From NCBI RefSeq assembly GCF_009914755.1, contig NC_060927.1: a DNA stretch of 64,000 nt; one strand, given 5' to 3'. The notes beneath the pieces are model-generated. The model worked only from the letters and a program-made list of their open reading frames with translations, had not been told where the DNA came from and did not search any database. This document shows, piece by piece, positions 13,590 through 27,272 of the stretch. This stretch comes from the human T2T-CHM13v2.0 reference genome, Homo sapiens. Positions within the stretch are counted from its first letter, which is position 1. Each line of letters opens with the position of its first letter. Made by a program: the position numbers and the translations under genes.

Positions 13590-14003
13590 GGCATTGTGCT
13601 GAGTGGAAAAAAACAAGCTTAAAAGATCAAATATTGTATGATTTCATTTATGTAACATTCTCAAAACGACAAAACTATAAAGATAGAGAACAGATTAGTG
13701 GTTGGTTGGGTGAGAGAGTTGTGGAATGGAGAGAAGAGTATAAAGGGATAGGTGATGGAATAATCTGTTGATGGAATAATCCTGTATCCTGATTGTGGTG
13801 GTGGTTATACAAGTCTACATATGTGATAAAATGGCATAGAACTATATACCCACATTTTACCAATGTAACTCCCGGTTTTGATATTGTATAGTTACATAAG
13901 ATGTAATCACTGGGGGAAACTGGGTGAAGGGTACAAGGGATCTCGTTCTACTATTTTTGCAACTTCTTGTGAATCTGTAAATATTTCACAATAAAAGGTA
14001 AAA
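13590..14003 (+). mobile_element. Old L1 (L1MC/L1MD-type) 3' end
   Basis: gatttcatttatgtaacattctcaaaacgacaaaactata...gggggaaactgggtgaagggtacaagggatctc...caataaaag. Confidence 0.75.
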
Positions 14004-14710
14004 GTCCCAAAACAATGCCATATATTTCTATAGATATATTTGTAAGTAAATGAAAACAAAATAAAAACTGAAAAGATGTACACCACACCAATTGCTGTGA
14101 TCATGTTGTCATTAGGAGAGTATTTGGAATTAAGGGCTGGTCAAAGGGTGCTTAGCCTTATCTGTAATGAGAGATACTTTTTCAACAGAAATGCATTTGA
14201 GTATTTTCTGCATAGTTAACAGAAAGTACTATTAACTTTGTAGAGTCAGCCAGAATCAACAAACATTGACTGATCATTTACTATGCGCTAAACACTGGGG
14301 CTGGAGTAGTGAAAAGCCAGCTGCAGTCCCTGTCCTCATGGAAGGATGCCCCAAGCTATGCAAACAGCCATTAAGCAGATGGTCACACCTGTGATGGTTG
14401 CCAGGCCCAAGAAGCATCATGAGCTGTGAAAACGTGGAGCAGGGAACCTAGAATTTATTTCTGTGCCTCCACAGCCAGCCTGTTCCCAGCAGCTACTCAC
14501 TCAGTCACTCATCAAATGTTTGCTGTGCCTTGTTGGACCACCCTGAGGAGGTGGAGATGAATGAAAGAGCTTCCTGCCTCAATTAACAGAGAGCACATTT
14601 AAGAGATTGACCATTTATCAGTCTAGGCAATGCATCTGCCTTGGGGTGAGACTTCTAAAAGATGAGGGAAGCAGGCTGAACCTCTAGGACCTGGGAGAAT
14701 GATGACAAGG

Positions 14711-15444
14711 CAGTCATGTGCTGGAGCCAGCCAAAAAGACTCACAAGAGCCCATTGTGGGCTCCTCTGGAATTCTGTGAATCAAGTATTAAACATAGTCA
14801 TTATTAAAAATTAACTTTTGGCCGGGCACGGTGGCTCACGCCTGTAATCCCAGCACTTTGGGAGGCCGAGGCGGGCGGATCACGAGGTCAGCAGATCGAG
14901 ACCATCCTGGCTAACACGGTGAAACCCCGTCTCTACTAAAAATACAAAAAATTAGCCAGGCGAGGTGGCGGGCGCCTGTAGTCCCAGCTACTCGGGAGGC
15001 TGAGGCAGGAGAATGGCGTGAACCCCAGGGGGCGGAGCCTGCAGTGAGCCGAGATTGCGCCACTGCACTCCAGCCTGGGCGACAGCGAGACTCTGTCTCA
15101 ACAACAACAACAAAAAAAAATTAACTTTTATATATATACTTAAATAACTTATATTAAATACAAAGATAAATGCTAAAGAGCCATCCCTTTCTAAGTATTT
15201 TACTACATTTTGCTGTTACCTATATTCTTGAGGTTATTTACATCTTTAGCATCTGTACAGTGAAAAGACTTATAATAGTGGGCTACTGTGTAGCTCTACC
15301 CAACTCCAAGTTCAATGGTGTCATGCTAGTAGCTTGAAACTAATCATGGTGGGAGCATTTACGCCACAGATACTAGCAAATGCCAGGAGTCTTTACCCCA
15401 CCCCCAAAAAGTTAGTTGTTAAACACTTGGCCAGATCCCTATTG
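14711..15444 (+). mobile_element. MER63B hAT transposon, split by an Alu
   Basis: cagtcatgtgctggagccag...cattattaaaaattaa [Alu] ...cttgaggttatttac...catggtgggagcatttacgccacag...gttgttaaacac. Confidence 0.75.
14820..15115 (+). mobile_element. Young AluY (AluYe5-like)
   Basis: Full-length CpG-rich Alu with Ye-type variants (ggcgaggtgg, aaccccagggggcggagcctgc, gacagcgagac); perfect TSD aaaaattaactttt at 14806-14819 and 15116-15129. Confidence 0.9.
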
Positions 15445-16429
15445 CCTTCTTGGACCCAGGGTACATTCTGTGGAGGGTATCTTGAGTCCGAACTGTTGAA
15501 ATATTCATGTACGTTTCGGATCTTCTCCTTTAGTGCTGAGCACTGGGCCAGGAACACAGCAATTGTTCAAGAGCTCATTAATGGGCAGGAAAGAAAAAAG
15601 CCAGACACCAGATATTCCCCTCATTCTTTCTAGTGGCTTCAAATAATACCTTGTGTTCCTCTTGCAGGTAATATCCTTTTGCCCTTCATCTTTCTTTTCC
15701 CTGGTGGCAGGATGCAGACATAAATTCTTTAGGACCCTAAGACAGATCTCTTGAAACTTGATGCAGATGTTACCAACCATGGCTTGCTGGCCATGTCTTG
15801 AGCAGGGACTCCCACCTGAGCCAGCTGGTGACACCCAGGGTTTGCACCCTAGCACGGATGACTCCCAGTTATGACTTTATCTCAGCTTCTGCCACAGATC
15901 CCCCCTCTCTCAGCTACTCTGCTTCTCCTTTTGTAAACCCACTGCCCAGTCCTTGGCATGTAGGACAGATGCTCCCTTCTCCTGCTCACAGATCTCTCTT
16001 CTGCCAGCTTCCCAGGATCCCTGCATCTCCACTGTTTAACCTCTTTAAGTTAATACAATATTTTTCAAACTTTATTTAATTATTCTATGGTGGCCCACAC
16101 AAAACTGACAAGGACTGAGTTGGTGTAACTAAAATGAGACTTGAGCACATGGGCTGTTTACATAGACTCTACCATGTGAATAGAACCATGGAGTTGTGTG
16201 ACTCAGAGGTTCTTAACTTGGGTGTCTGGGCTCTACAGCATCCTTCCCATCCTCCTTCCACACCCTGTCTTGTGTTCCCACCTCTCAGAGCCTTCAAGGA
16301 GGATTCCCCGGAGTTCAATGTGGAAAGCATCCTTCTTTTTGACTGCTCAGCATCCATTTCCCACCTCCTAGATTCTGATTGTTCTTGGGGAAACTACCTT
16401 GCATTCTCTTTCAATTTCCTTTGATTTAA

Positions 16430-16770
16430 TGTGAGCAGACTCCCAACCAAGGCTCTAGGAGTGGGATAATCAGAGCCAATAAGAAATTCAACTCCAAACC
16501 TTGTGGGAGAATTGTTGAAAAGAGTCATTGTTTCCACAGGAATTGCAAGGGGAGCTGTGGGCTTGACAATGCTGGCAGCCATTGCAACTGAGGATGGAAT
16601 TAACATGGAACACAACAGAGCTGGACGTCTGAGCCCTAAGGACGGCTTTTGGGATCTCAAATCCAGCTATGCCTGAAGACCTAAAGCTAGAAGCTCCTGT
16701 GCTTTTCAGTTACAGCCAGTAAATCCTCTTTTTTGGCTTAAGCCAGTTTGAATTGGGTTTCTACACAGCC
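16430..16770 (+). mobile_element. MLT1 (MaLR) LTR fragment, J/K/L type
   Basis: ggcagccattgc...tccagctatgcctgaag...cttttcagttac...gcttaagccagtttgaattgggtttct 3' end. Confidence 0.65.
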
Positions 16771-17024
16771 TGAAACTGCTATGAAGTCAAAGGTAGTGTT
16801 AGTGCTGGAAGACACTGCATGGATAACCTCCTCAAGGGGCCACTTCACTTTCACCACCAAATGCCCCTTTTCACCGATCCTTGTCTACTGCTACCTTGTT
16901 TGATAGATTATGTCTACCAAAAATAAACAAAACCCGCATTGAGAATCAAGAAAGGCATTATTCCCAATTTTCCTGAACACAATGGTAGCACCTATCATTT
17001 ATATGGCTCTATATGGTACATGCA

Positions 17025-17440
17025 GCAGAGTTAGAGGTTTAAAATCATACACTTTGAGGGAGGCAGACTTAGATGTGATTCCCGCCTGCCTCCCCCTCCC
17101 CATGGTGGGTGACTTTAGGCATGAAACATAACCTCTCTAAAACTCATTTTTCTTAACTTTAAGATGAGATGTATTACCCACCTCATAGGGCTATCATATG
17201 GAATAATTAAGAGATGGGATGTAACATACAACATGATTCAAGACCCTGTAGGTGTTAATTAGCATTAAAATCGTCATTATTATCATGTCTAATCTTCCAA
17301 ATAATCCTGCAAATTGATATTGTTATTCTCACCTTACAGGGAAGAAAATTGAGCGTCAGGGAGGTTACAGGATTTGTTTGGCTTATGATGGAGCCAAGAA
17401 TGGAACCCAGATCTCCTTGTATTGTTAGTCCATGCTTCTT
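17025..17440. mobile_element. Two adjacent MIRs in opposite orientation (+ then -)
   Basis: gactttaggc...aacctctctaaaactcatttttc (+); ttctcaccttacagggaagaaaattgag...ggaacccagatct (-). Confidence 0.55.
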
Positions 17441-17460
17441 TCCCATACTCAGTGTCCCAA

Positions 17461-17461
<1 letters not shown>

Positions 17462-17508
<47 letters not shown>

Positions 17509-17511
17509 ACA
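17462..17511. repeat. (CA)n microsatellite
   Basis: About 19 perfect CA units plus an interrupted tail. Confidence 0.95.
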
Positions 17512-17869
17512 ATTAAAGTACTCAAAAAGCAGCATCAAGTTTATGCGTATCATATGTAATCTCCAAGTATTAGTTGAGTACTTACCAGGTTCCAAGCATT
17601 ATTATGGGAACTGGATAATGCTTTATAATTAGGCTATTATTTCTAATTAGCCTATTTGGCTTTAGCATGAACAACAACAATTTCTGATAGAGTTGTAGAA
17701 AAATATGTTAAATAGCTCCAAGGAACTGCTGTCAAACATGAGGGCCTCAGCACACACACATTTACGTCCATGCCCCCCTTTCCAATGGTACTCTTCTAAA
17801 ATGGCAATCAAGGACATAAAAAAGGAGCAGTAAGTCTGCAGGACCATGAGAACAAGGTCTCTGACTGCA

Positions 17870-18065
17870 GCAAACAAGAGATGTCAATAAAATTGAATGA
17901 CATGAGCTTGAAGACTGAAAGAGCCCACCAAGTGTCCAATACAATGAATGAAAAAAGATTCTCCCTAAAATAAAGAGAAGGTCCTAAAAACTGCCAGAGA
18001 GAGAGAGAGAGAGAGCAAAAAAAAAATAGCTCATGTAACAAAGGAGAGGGAGACAGAATGGCAAA
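17870..18065 (+). mobile_element. Ancient L1M/HAL1 ORF1-region fragment with (GA)n
   Basis: gactgaaagagcccaccaagtgtccaatacaatgaatgaaaaaaga resembles HAL1/L1ME ORF1 sequence. Confidence 0.5.
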
Positions 18066-18779
18066 TACTAATAGATTCTCAGTGGATGTTTTACCAAAAC
18101 TAGGAAGTAAAACCAGGAAAAAGAAGCTTAAGAAACTCTCTGAGCCCCAGTCTCATTCATCATCAGTAAAGTGATGATAAAGGGGTAGAGTGTGGATTAA
18201 AGGAAATTATGAAGTAGCAAGTGATGTGGCAAGTGTTCAGCAATGCACTGAATGGGGAGTTTCTCTAAGTACTGATTAAAGCCCATCTTGCCCAGGACAT
18301 AGCTTCCAAAGTGGTCTGTTCTCCCTTGGGAGGGGCCCAGGACTCCAAGTAAAAACCAGAACAGCTAAGAAATCTTGATAGTAGAGCTCCAAAGTTTCCA
18401 GTACCACCCTCCCACGGATGGTACCAGACCTGGGGTGGGGCCCAGGTGGAAAATTCAATTGTGCAATCCAGCCTCATTCCTCAGATGTCTCAGCTTCAGG
18501 GGGAGGTTAAAAGGAGGGCCTGTTAGGGCTCTTAAGGTTCTTGGAAGCCATTCCTCACAAATATGGGTTGAGATGGTCATTGAGAGGCTTTTAAACTAGG
18601 CATGGCCATCAGCAACTTGTCCCCCTTACTGACCAAAACCCCTGCCCTCCCAATGACGCCACATCAACTAATGTAATCAATTCTTGACTTCAATATTGTC
18701 AATACATCTCTGCCTAAAGTAATACAGACACCACAAATGGCTGGTCCATGCCAGCCTCTCCCTCTCCCATCCCACCTTC

Positions 18780-19070
18780 CACACTTTACACCAGTTTTTA
18801 TACCAAAAATTCAAAATCTGATCTTATCATCTCATGCTTAGGAACCTTCTATGGCTCCTCATTTCAAAAGGCAATAAAATCCCACTGCCCACCCTGGCAT
18901 TTGTGTCTCATACACACCTCCTAACATCCTCCACTCCACTTCACACTGGACTCCCCACTTCTCACAAAGCACCCCCTACCCATGCCCATCTCCAAAGCTT
19001 TGCCTGAGCTGTTTGCTCTGCCTGGAAGGCCTTTTCCTCCTTTTCCAGGACTCAGTTCCTACCTCTCCTC
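18780..19070 (+). mobile_element. L2 fragment
   Basis: aaatctgatcttatc...ccttctatggctcctc...gctgtttgctctgcctggaaggcc. Confidence 0.6.
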
Positions 19071-21269
19071 CTGTGCTTTGAGTGTTCACCCATTACACTT
19101 CCTCTGAGTCCAGTCTTTAAGTGAGTTAATTGTGAATGGAACGCCTCTCTCCAAGGAGACTAAGAGAAAAGAGTGACCGCTGAGTATATAAGCTTGAATT
19201 CTTCAGAACACTCTGCACAGAGGTGAACATTGAACACCAGTCCCAGGGACGAGTGATAAGTCAGTACTGTGCGACTTATGAGGATAAATTCCTGAGCACT
19301 TTGCTACCCTTCCCTTTGCCTTCAGGGGCTTGGTGAGTTCTTCATTCATCAAGGTCACTGGCAGGGAAGATGCTCTAATATTAAACATGCATTCATCTGC
19401 ACTTCAGTCACATTTCCCATTTTTAGTTAAAACTTTGTCCTGTTCATTTTTTTTCCAGTATAAAAATGAAAAGCATCCTGCCTCAAATTAATAAATCAGG
19501 AGCACCAGCGAGCAAAAGGAAGGAAAATTTGAGGAATGAGAAGGTCCTTGAACACAGTGTGGGTGGCCCCTTATTTCTTTTAAATTGGAAGTAGCTTTGT
19601 TGATAAACATGAACATACACCACACCATTGCCATCATCTCCAGCTTGTTCCCTGCTGTAGAACAAGTGGTTGGCATTTAGCAGCATTAACAGTGGCCACC
19701 ACTACCTTCTCACCCACCTGCAAGAAATGTGATGTTCACACTATTTGAATCCAATTAGTTTTAGCTGACATACCTCTCTTCTACCTCCTGTTCCTGCCTT
19801 CTGGAAACTGCAAAGTGAAATGGTGACTACCTGGACTGAGGCATAAATGAATTGGTACCTGCTTTGTGAGTCCTCTTTTACAGACAACCATCATTATTAA
19901 TTCCTCCCTAAATAAAAATACCATTAATAATACATGCAAAACAATCATCATGGAATCCCAATGCAAAGAGGCATCTGGAAGACCCATTCGAGAGCAAAGA
20001 TTAAGAAATGCAATACAAGGAGAAATTAGCACCAACCCGACTTTATCCTTGGTAGTGATGTGTATATGTGCGCATGTTTCTATCTGCCGTCTCCCTAAGC
20101 CATTCAACTCTCCTAAGGAGAAATCTATTCAAACATCTGTGTCCAAATCATCCCATTTATTCCCTCACTCTCCTTTTTGGATCTTGGCTGGGGTCAGATC
20201 TTGGCTGGTCTCTTCAGAGAGAGAGAGTGAGTGTGTGTTTTTTCAAACGCAAAGTGTTTTGGATGAGGCAGAAGATGACTCCAGAGGAAATGCGCTTCTC
20301 CTCACATCTTGTTTTGGATCCTGGATGGTGTTTACCACAGCCTGGCCCGGAGGCTCTCTCCAGTCACAAATCCCATCTCGACTCACCCATAGCCTTGCGT
20401 GATGTGTTCATACCTCCATGCTCTTACAGTTTACCTGGGAGACCGTGGATTCCTTGGTCACCTGGGAGGCCCTCCTTCCAGTTCCTTTGAGGCAGAAAGC
20501 CATTAATTTCAGCAGACAGTTCCAGTTTCCTCTGCCCTCCAGGGAATGTGTCTCTGCAAAGGAATCAAAAGGCCTGGGCTAGCATGACTAGAAGGGGTTA
20601 TCCTGTCCTTCTAACTGACAGGAGAAGGTTGTGGTCACACAGAAACTATGTGCATGTGGACTGGACTGGTTCTGGGCAGCAGAGAAGAGAAATGTCTTTT
20701 GGTGTGTTTGACACACATCAAGAATTATAGCCAACCGGAGAATTCTCCACACTAACATTCTAATGAGAAGACCCTGCCAACATCACTACCAAAACAAGTT
20801 CCGACAGGAGAACAAAGGAAGCAAGAAGTTTCCCCCAGATGTTAGCAGGATGAGCAGTATGCGAGGGTCCTGAAGTCTTCAGCCTAATTTATGCAATGGT
20901 CAGGTTTATTTTAAGACTTGAATGTAGACCTTCAAGTCCTTCAAGGTGGTTGACTTCACGGAACACCTTTTACTGCTCAGTGAGCATGGTTTACCATGGC
21001 TGCCTTTCCCTATCAGAGATCTCCCTGGCCACTCATGCAGATGTCAACACAGCAACAACAATGATATGATAAATCACCCTTTGCTTTTATGTGTTCACTC
21101 CTTGACTCACACATGCACACACACACACTGAAGATGTTAGAAACTGGGCCTTGCACTAGAGGGAGAGGTGCCAGGGCAGAGTTATGAAAAGCACAGCTTT
21201 TCCCCTTGCCCAGCTGTAAACTCCAATCCCATTGAGGCAAGGAATACAGACTATCACTTCATTATACAG

Positions 21270-21462
21270 AGCGGTGGGTCTCAAACTTTGGCAGCATCAG
21301 AATCACTGGGGTGCGGGTGAGGGTCTGTTCAACACAGATTGCCTACCCCACCTACAGAGTTCTCAGTGGAGCTGGGGGTGGGGGTGCTGAAAATGTGCAT
21401 TTCTAACAAATTCCCCAGTGATGTAGAAGCTGCCCGTCCAGAGATCACACTGAACACCACTC
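21270..21462. mobile_element. MER5A hAT MITE
   Basis: gtgggtctcaaactttggcagcatcagaatcact...tgcatttctaacaaattccccagtgatg...cacactgaacaccact. Confidence 0.8.
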
Positions 21463-21883
21463 TCTAGGTAGTACACTGGGGCCCATGAGAGCCAGTAAAG
21501 GGCCCAATGTATCCCTAATTAATGAGGGGGAGCATCAGTCCATGTTGAGAAGGCCACAGTGCACAGGCGAGCTCCATCAAAGCTGTGGAGCATCCACCCA
21601 ATTTAAGGAAAGTCTGTGCTTCATTCAGTGCCGTTGTGCCCTGCCTCATTTCTGCTCAGTCAGACCTGAGTGCTAATTTGTCCCTCTGGTTTCAAACCTG
21701 GCATGAAATATCCCTAGCAGGTCATGATTTAAAAACTATACATTAGATAATACATGCTGTGTTCCAGGTACTTTCATGCATTATTTTATTAAATTATTCA
21801 CAGCAATGCTGCATAGGAACAACAATATCTAATATGTAAATATCACTGATTCTGTGCCCAAAACTGTTCTAAATGCTTTGGAT

Positions 21884-22103
21884 GAAGGATCGGCAGACTA
21901 GTAACCCATGGACCAAATTTCATCCACTACCTATTTTGATAAATTTTATTGCAATATAGCCACACACATCCACCTACGTTTTGTCTATAAGTATTTTTCT
22001 CCTAAAATAACAGAATTAAATAGTTATAACAAAGACTATATGCCCCACAAACTCTGAAATACTTTCTCTCTGGTTCTTTACAGGAAAATTTTGCCAAATC
22101 TTG
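21884..22103 (+). mobile_element. MER58A hAT MITE
   Basis: TIRs gaaggatcggcagac / ttttgccaaatcttg; 8-bp TSD ctttggat (21876-21883) / ctttggac (22104-22111). Confidence 0.85.
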
Positions 22104-22433
22104 CTTTGGACTTGCTGTAGATCCAATAATTTATTTAGTTCTCCTAACAACAGTAGGGGTAAGTGCTATTTTTTGTTGTGGTAAAATACACATAATATGA
22201 AATTTACCATTTTAATCATTTTTCAGTGTATAGCTCAGTGGCATTGAGTACATTCACATTGATATGTGATATGGTTTGTGACAATCTTGAATTGTAGCTC
22301 CCATAATCTCCACGTGTCATGGGAGGGACCCAGCTGGAGGTAATTGAATCATGGGTATGGGTTTTTCCCATGCTGTTCTCGTGACAGTGAATAGGTCTTA
22401 TGAGATCTGATGGTTTTATAAAAGGCAGTTCCT

Positions 22434-23064
<631 letters not shown>

Positions 23065-25529
23065 AAAAAAATAACTTTTTTTAAAAAAGGGCAGTTCCCC
23101 TGCACACGTTCTCTTGCCTGCTGCCATGTGAGATGTGATTTTGCTGCCCCTTCCCCTTCCTGCCTGCTGCCATGTGATATGTGACTTTGCTCCCCCTTCC
23201 CCTTCCTGCCATGATTGTGAGGCCTCCCCAGCCATGTGGAACTGTGAGTCAATTAAACTTCTTTCCTTTATAAATCACCCAGTCTCTGGTATTTCTTCAC
23301 AGCACTATGAAAATGGACTAATACAATGTGCAACTGTCACCACCATCAATCTCCAGAACTTTTTCATCTTCCCAAACTCCCTCCCCTACCCCCAGCAACC
23401 ACTATTCTACTTTCTGTCTCTATGAATTTGACTCCTCTAAGTAAATACCTCTTAAACGTGTAATCATACAGTATTTGTCGTTTTGTGCTGGCTTATTTGA
23501 CTTAATGATTTCAGGTTTATCCATATTGTAGCATGCATCCGAATTTTTTACTTTTTAGGTGAAACAATATTCCATCATATGTATATACCACATTTTGTTT
23601 ATCCATCTGTTGATGGACATTTGAGTTGTTTCTACCTTTTGGTTATTTTGAATAATGCTGTGATAAACATGGGTGTACAAATATCTGTTTGAGTCCCCGT
23701 TTTTTATTGTTTTGAATGTATAGCCAGAAGCGGAATTGCTGGATCATATAGTAATTCTATGTTTAATTTTTTGAGCAACTGCCATACTACTTTCCACAAT
23801 AGCTGTCTCATTTACATCCTCATCAGCCACGCACAAGGCTTCCAATGTCTCCACATCCTCACCACCACTTTCAGGTTTTTGTTTGTTTTAATAACAGACA
23901 TCCTAATGAGTATGAAGTGATATCTCATTGTCATTTTGATTTACATTTCCTTAGCGATTAGTAATGTTGAACATATTTTTTTTCATGTGTTGATTGGCCA
24001 TATGTGTCTCTTCTTTGGAGAAATGTCTATTCAAGTTATTTATCCACTTATAATCAGGCCATTTGTTTTTCTGTTGTTGAGTTGTAGGAGTTCACATGTT
24101 CTGAATAGCAATCCCTTATCAGATAAATGATTTGCAAGTATTTTCTCTCATTCCATGGGTTGCCTTTTCACTCTGCTGATGGTGTCCTTGGATGCACAAA
24201 AGTTTTAATTTTGATGAAGTTGAACTTACCTATTTTTTTCTTTTGTTGCCCCTACTTTTGGTGTCCTTTTCAAGAGATCATTACCAAATCCAATGCCACG
24301 AAGTTTTTGTTTTCCTGAAGAGTTTTATAGTTTTAGCTCTTTCATTTAGATCTCTGATCCATTTTGAGTTAATTTCTTATATGGTGTAAGGTAAGGGCCC
24401 AACTTCATTCTTTACATGTGGATATCCAGTTTTCCCCATATCATTTGTTGAAAACACTATCCTTTCCCTCATTTCATGGTCTTGATGCCAATTAGAAAAT
24501 CATCTGATCATATATGCAAGGGTTTCTTTCTGGACTTTTTACTCTATTCCATTGGTCTCTATGTCTGTCATCATGCCACTACCACACAGCATAGATTACC
24601 ATAGCATTGTATTAAGTTTTGAAATTGGGAAGTGTGAGACATTCAATGTTGTTCTTTTTCTAGATTGCTTTGGCTATTGGGGGTCCCCCGAGATTCCATA
24701 TGAATTTTGGGATTTTTCTATTTCTGCAAAAAAAAAAAATGTCATTGGGATTTTAATAAGGATTGCAATTAATCCGTAGATCACTTTGGGTAGTATGGAC
24801 ATATTAACAATATCAAGTCTAATCCATGGACACGGGATGTCTTTCATTTTATCTGTATCTTTAATTTTTTCAGCAATATTTTGTAGTTTTCAATGTACAA
24901 ATCTTTCACCTCTTCAGTTGTTTATTCCTAGGTATTTTATTCTTTTCGATGCTATTACAGATGGAATTGTCCTCTTTTCTTTTTAGATTGTTCATTGTTA
25001 ATGTATAAAAATGCAAATGATTTTTGTGTGTTGTTGTTGCATCCTACAACTTTGCTGCAGTTAAGTGCTGTTTTTATCCTCATTCTACAGATGGGAAAAC
25101 TGTAACACAGTGTGGTTAAGTGATTTGCCTAAGTCACTCATCTAGAAGTAGGGGAGTTGAAGTTGCAACTGGGCATTCTGTTTCCATACTCCCTTCTCTT
25201 CACCATTAATTTTCACTGACTCTTTTGAAAAAGTAATTCACAATTACTTACAGCACGGGGTAAATCCAGAATCCAAACTCAGGTCTGACTCCAAAATTTT
25301 GCTTTTAACTACAACTGCATTCTGACAGCCCTAGGACACCCCAAACACAAATCCATCAATTAAATACCTTGGCTAATCAGCAAAGAAGAAATTCAAGCTT
25401 TTTAAAAAGTAAATTGATCTATGGAAAAGGTGAATGAATTCAGCCAAAGGTGGATAGGACACTAGAGGTGGGGTGACACCCATCCTGGTTTTCCTCTGAA
25501 TCATTCCAGATGATGCATATGGTTTAGAT

Positions 25530-25859
25530 TAGGAGTCCCCAACTCCAAGGCCATGAACTGGTACCAGTCCATGGCCTGCCACACAGCAGGAGGTGAGCGG
25601 GAGTGAGCGAGCCTCACCACCTGAGCTCTGCCTCCTGTCAGATCAGCGGTAGCATTAGATTCTCATAGGAGTGCAAACCCTATCATGAGCTGCGCATGTG
25701 AGGGATCTAGGTTGCACATTCTTTATGAGAATCTAATGCCTGATGATCTGAGGTGGAACAGTTTCATCCCTAAATCATACCCTCCACACCCCCCAGTCTG
25801 TGGAAAAATTTGTCTTCCATGAAACCAGTCCCTGGTGTCAAAAACATTGGGGCTTGCTG
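25530..25859 (+). mobile_element. MER1B hAT-Charlie MITE
   Basis: taggagtccccaac...gcattagattctcatagg...gagaatctaatgcctgatgatctgaggtggaacag...; perfect 8-bp TSD gtttagat. Confidence 0.9.
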
Positions 25860-27149
25860 GTTTAGATGACATGTTTTAGACCAGCCTACGTGTCCTCAGT
25901 TGGTTACAATTCTAAGATGAATTTTGAAAGGCTACAAAGGAAGGTAACACCTAAACAAATTTCTCCGGAATCCTCCCCGCATGTATTTTACAGCCTCTCT
26001 CCTCTAAAGAGCCATGTGGAGTTGGCTGCTTAATGAGGACTCTGAGCTGCAGGGTGAAGGTTCCAAATCCTGTGAAAAGCCCAGGGGTGGCTTCCAACCT
26101 TAAGTGCCAATGAAATGACACCAGCTGGCCTTATTGGAATCCATGGGACTCCCAAGCTGCCCAAGAGGTGGTCACTGTACCTTACAAAGGAATGCCATGG
26201 ACCCGTCCCAAAGGCCTTGGGCATCAATCCCAAAAGGCAATGAACTTGAACTACACAAGCCTCCTCATTGGCTGCTGCTGTGGATGTTGTAAAAGACCCT
26301 GCCCAGTGGCTTTGGGCCTGAGTAAATTTTGGCTTGGCTGACCCAGTCCACTAAAATGAATTGGGCATGACCAAGGTGCAGGGATGCCAGCCCTTCCATT
26401 AACAGGGAAGCCATGCAGGAGCAGCAGAGAGGGTCAGCAAAGCAAGAAGGCAAACAAAGACTCTTCTCCAAATGGGCCAGTTACAGGAAGGAGAGGAGGA
26501 AAAGGGAGAAGACAAATCTGGAGATCCTTAGGGGATGGGTTTCTTTACAAATCCATCTTCATGATTGCAACGAAGCCTAAGGAAAGGGCTCGTGATGCCA
26601 CTAAGCAGATGTGAGCACAGCATATGAACACTTCCAGAACATCCACGAGCCTCAGCCTCTCACCTGTAAAATGGGGTTAACACACCTCTTTGCTCCTAAT
26701 AACTACAAGGAATTACTGCAATGATCAAATGACAGGATGTGGGAGGAAACAGAAAAAAGTTTACATTGTTAAATACCCTTATAGGAACATGGGTATAATC
26801 TCATAGCACTGGCCTGGGGTCATGTGGAAGGTTGGTGAAAATGGGGGTAGAAATCAAAGGAGCCTTCAGCTTTGAATGCAATGCTTTAATTTTGTTTTAG
26901 GGTAGTGAATTCATATATAATCTCTATAATTGTAAAGGCATATATATAAGTACATTGGGCTCTTTGTTAAATGGGACAGAAAGGGTTCTCTTATAAATTC
27001 CTCTTGTAGAAAAAGACTAGAACCATACATGCTGTGTTAATAGGAGTTAATTCCAAGGGCTGTAATTGTTTTACATTGTACATCACTATACTTTAAAAAA
27101 TAATAATTTAAAAGGAAGATAAGGCACTCTTCTTAGGAAAAGGTGAAAA

Positions 27150-27256
27150 GGTCTAGAAGATGGAGATAAATGAGAACATAGAAGAAAAGAAAGAAGGAAA
27201 AAGAAAGAGAAGAAGGGCAAGCAGGAAAGAAGGGCAAGAAAGAGAAAAAGAAAAGA
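27150..27256. repeat. GA-rich low-complexity polypurine tract
   Basis: Direct inspection. Confidence 0.8.
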
Positions 27257-27272
27257 CGATCTCAAGTCTTTT

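Noticed and set aside
11462-15444. Two MER63 copies 3 kb apart (and two MER1B copies elsewhere) as local hopping or a composite transposon
   Set aside because: The MER63s are different deletion derivatives and no shared outer TSD is visible; these families are abundant enough for chance proximity.
15645-15675. Plus-strand ctcttgcag|gtaata juxtaposed splice sites
   Set aside because: No evidence for plus-strand transcription; such motifs arise by chance at this scale.
17025-17440. Inverted MIR pair as a miRNA or hairpin source
   Set aside because: Copies are too diverged for an evident stable stem.
19866-20490. 178-aa and 140-aa plus-strand ORFs
   Set aside because: GTG starts, no homology I recognise, no supporting promoter or splice structure.
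23936-24986. Series of hydrophobic Phe/Leu/Ile-rich ORFs resembling membrane proteins
   Set aside because: Antisense reading of T-rich L1MB sequence.
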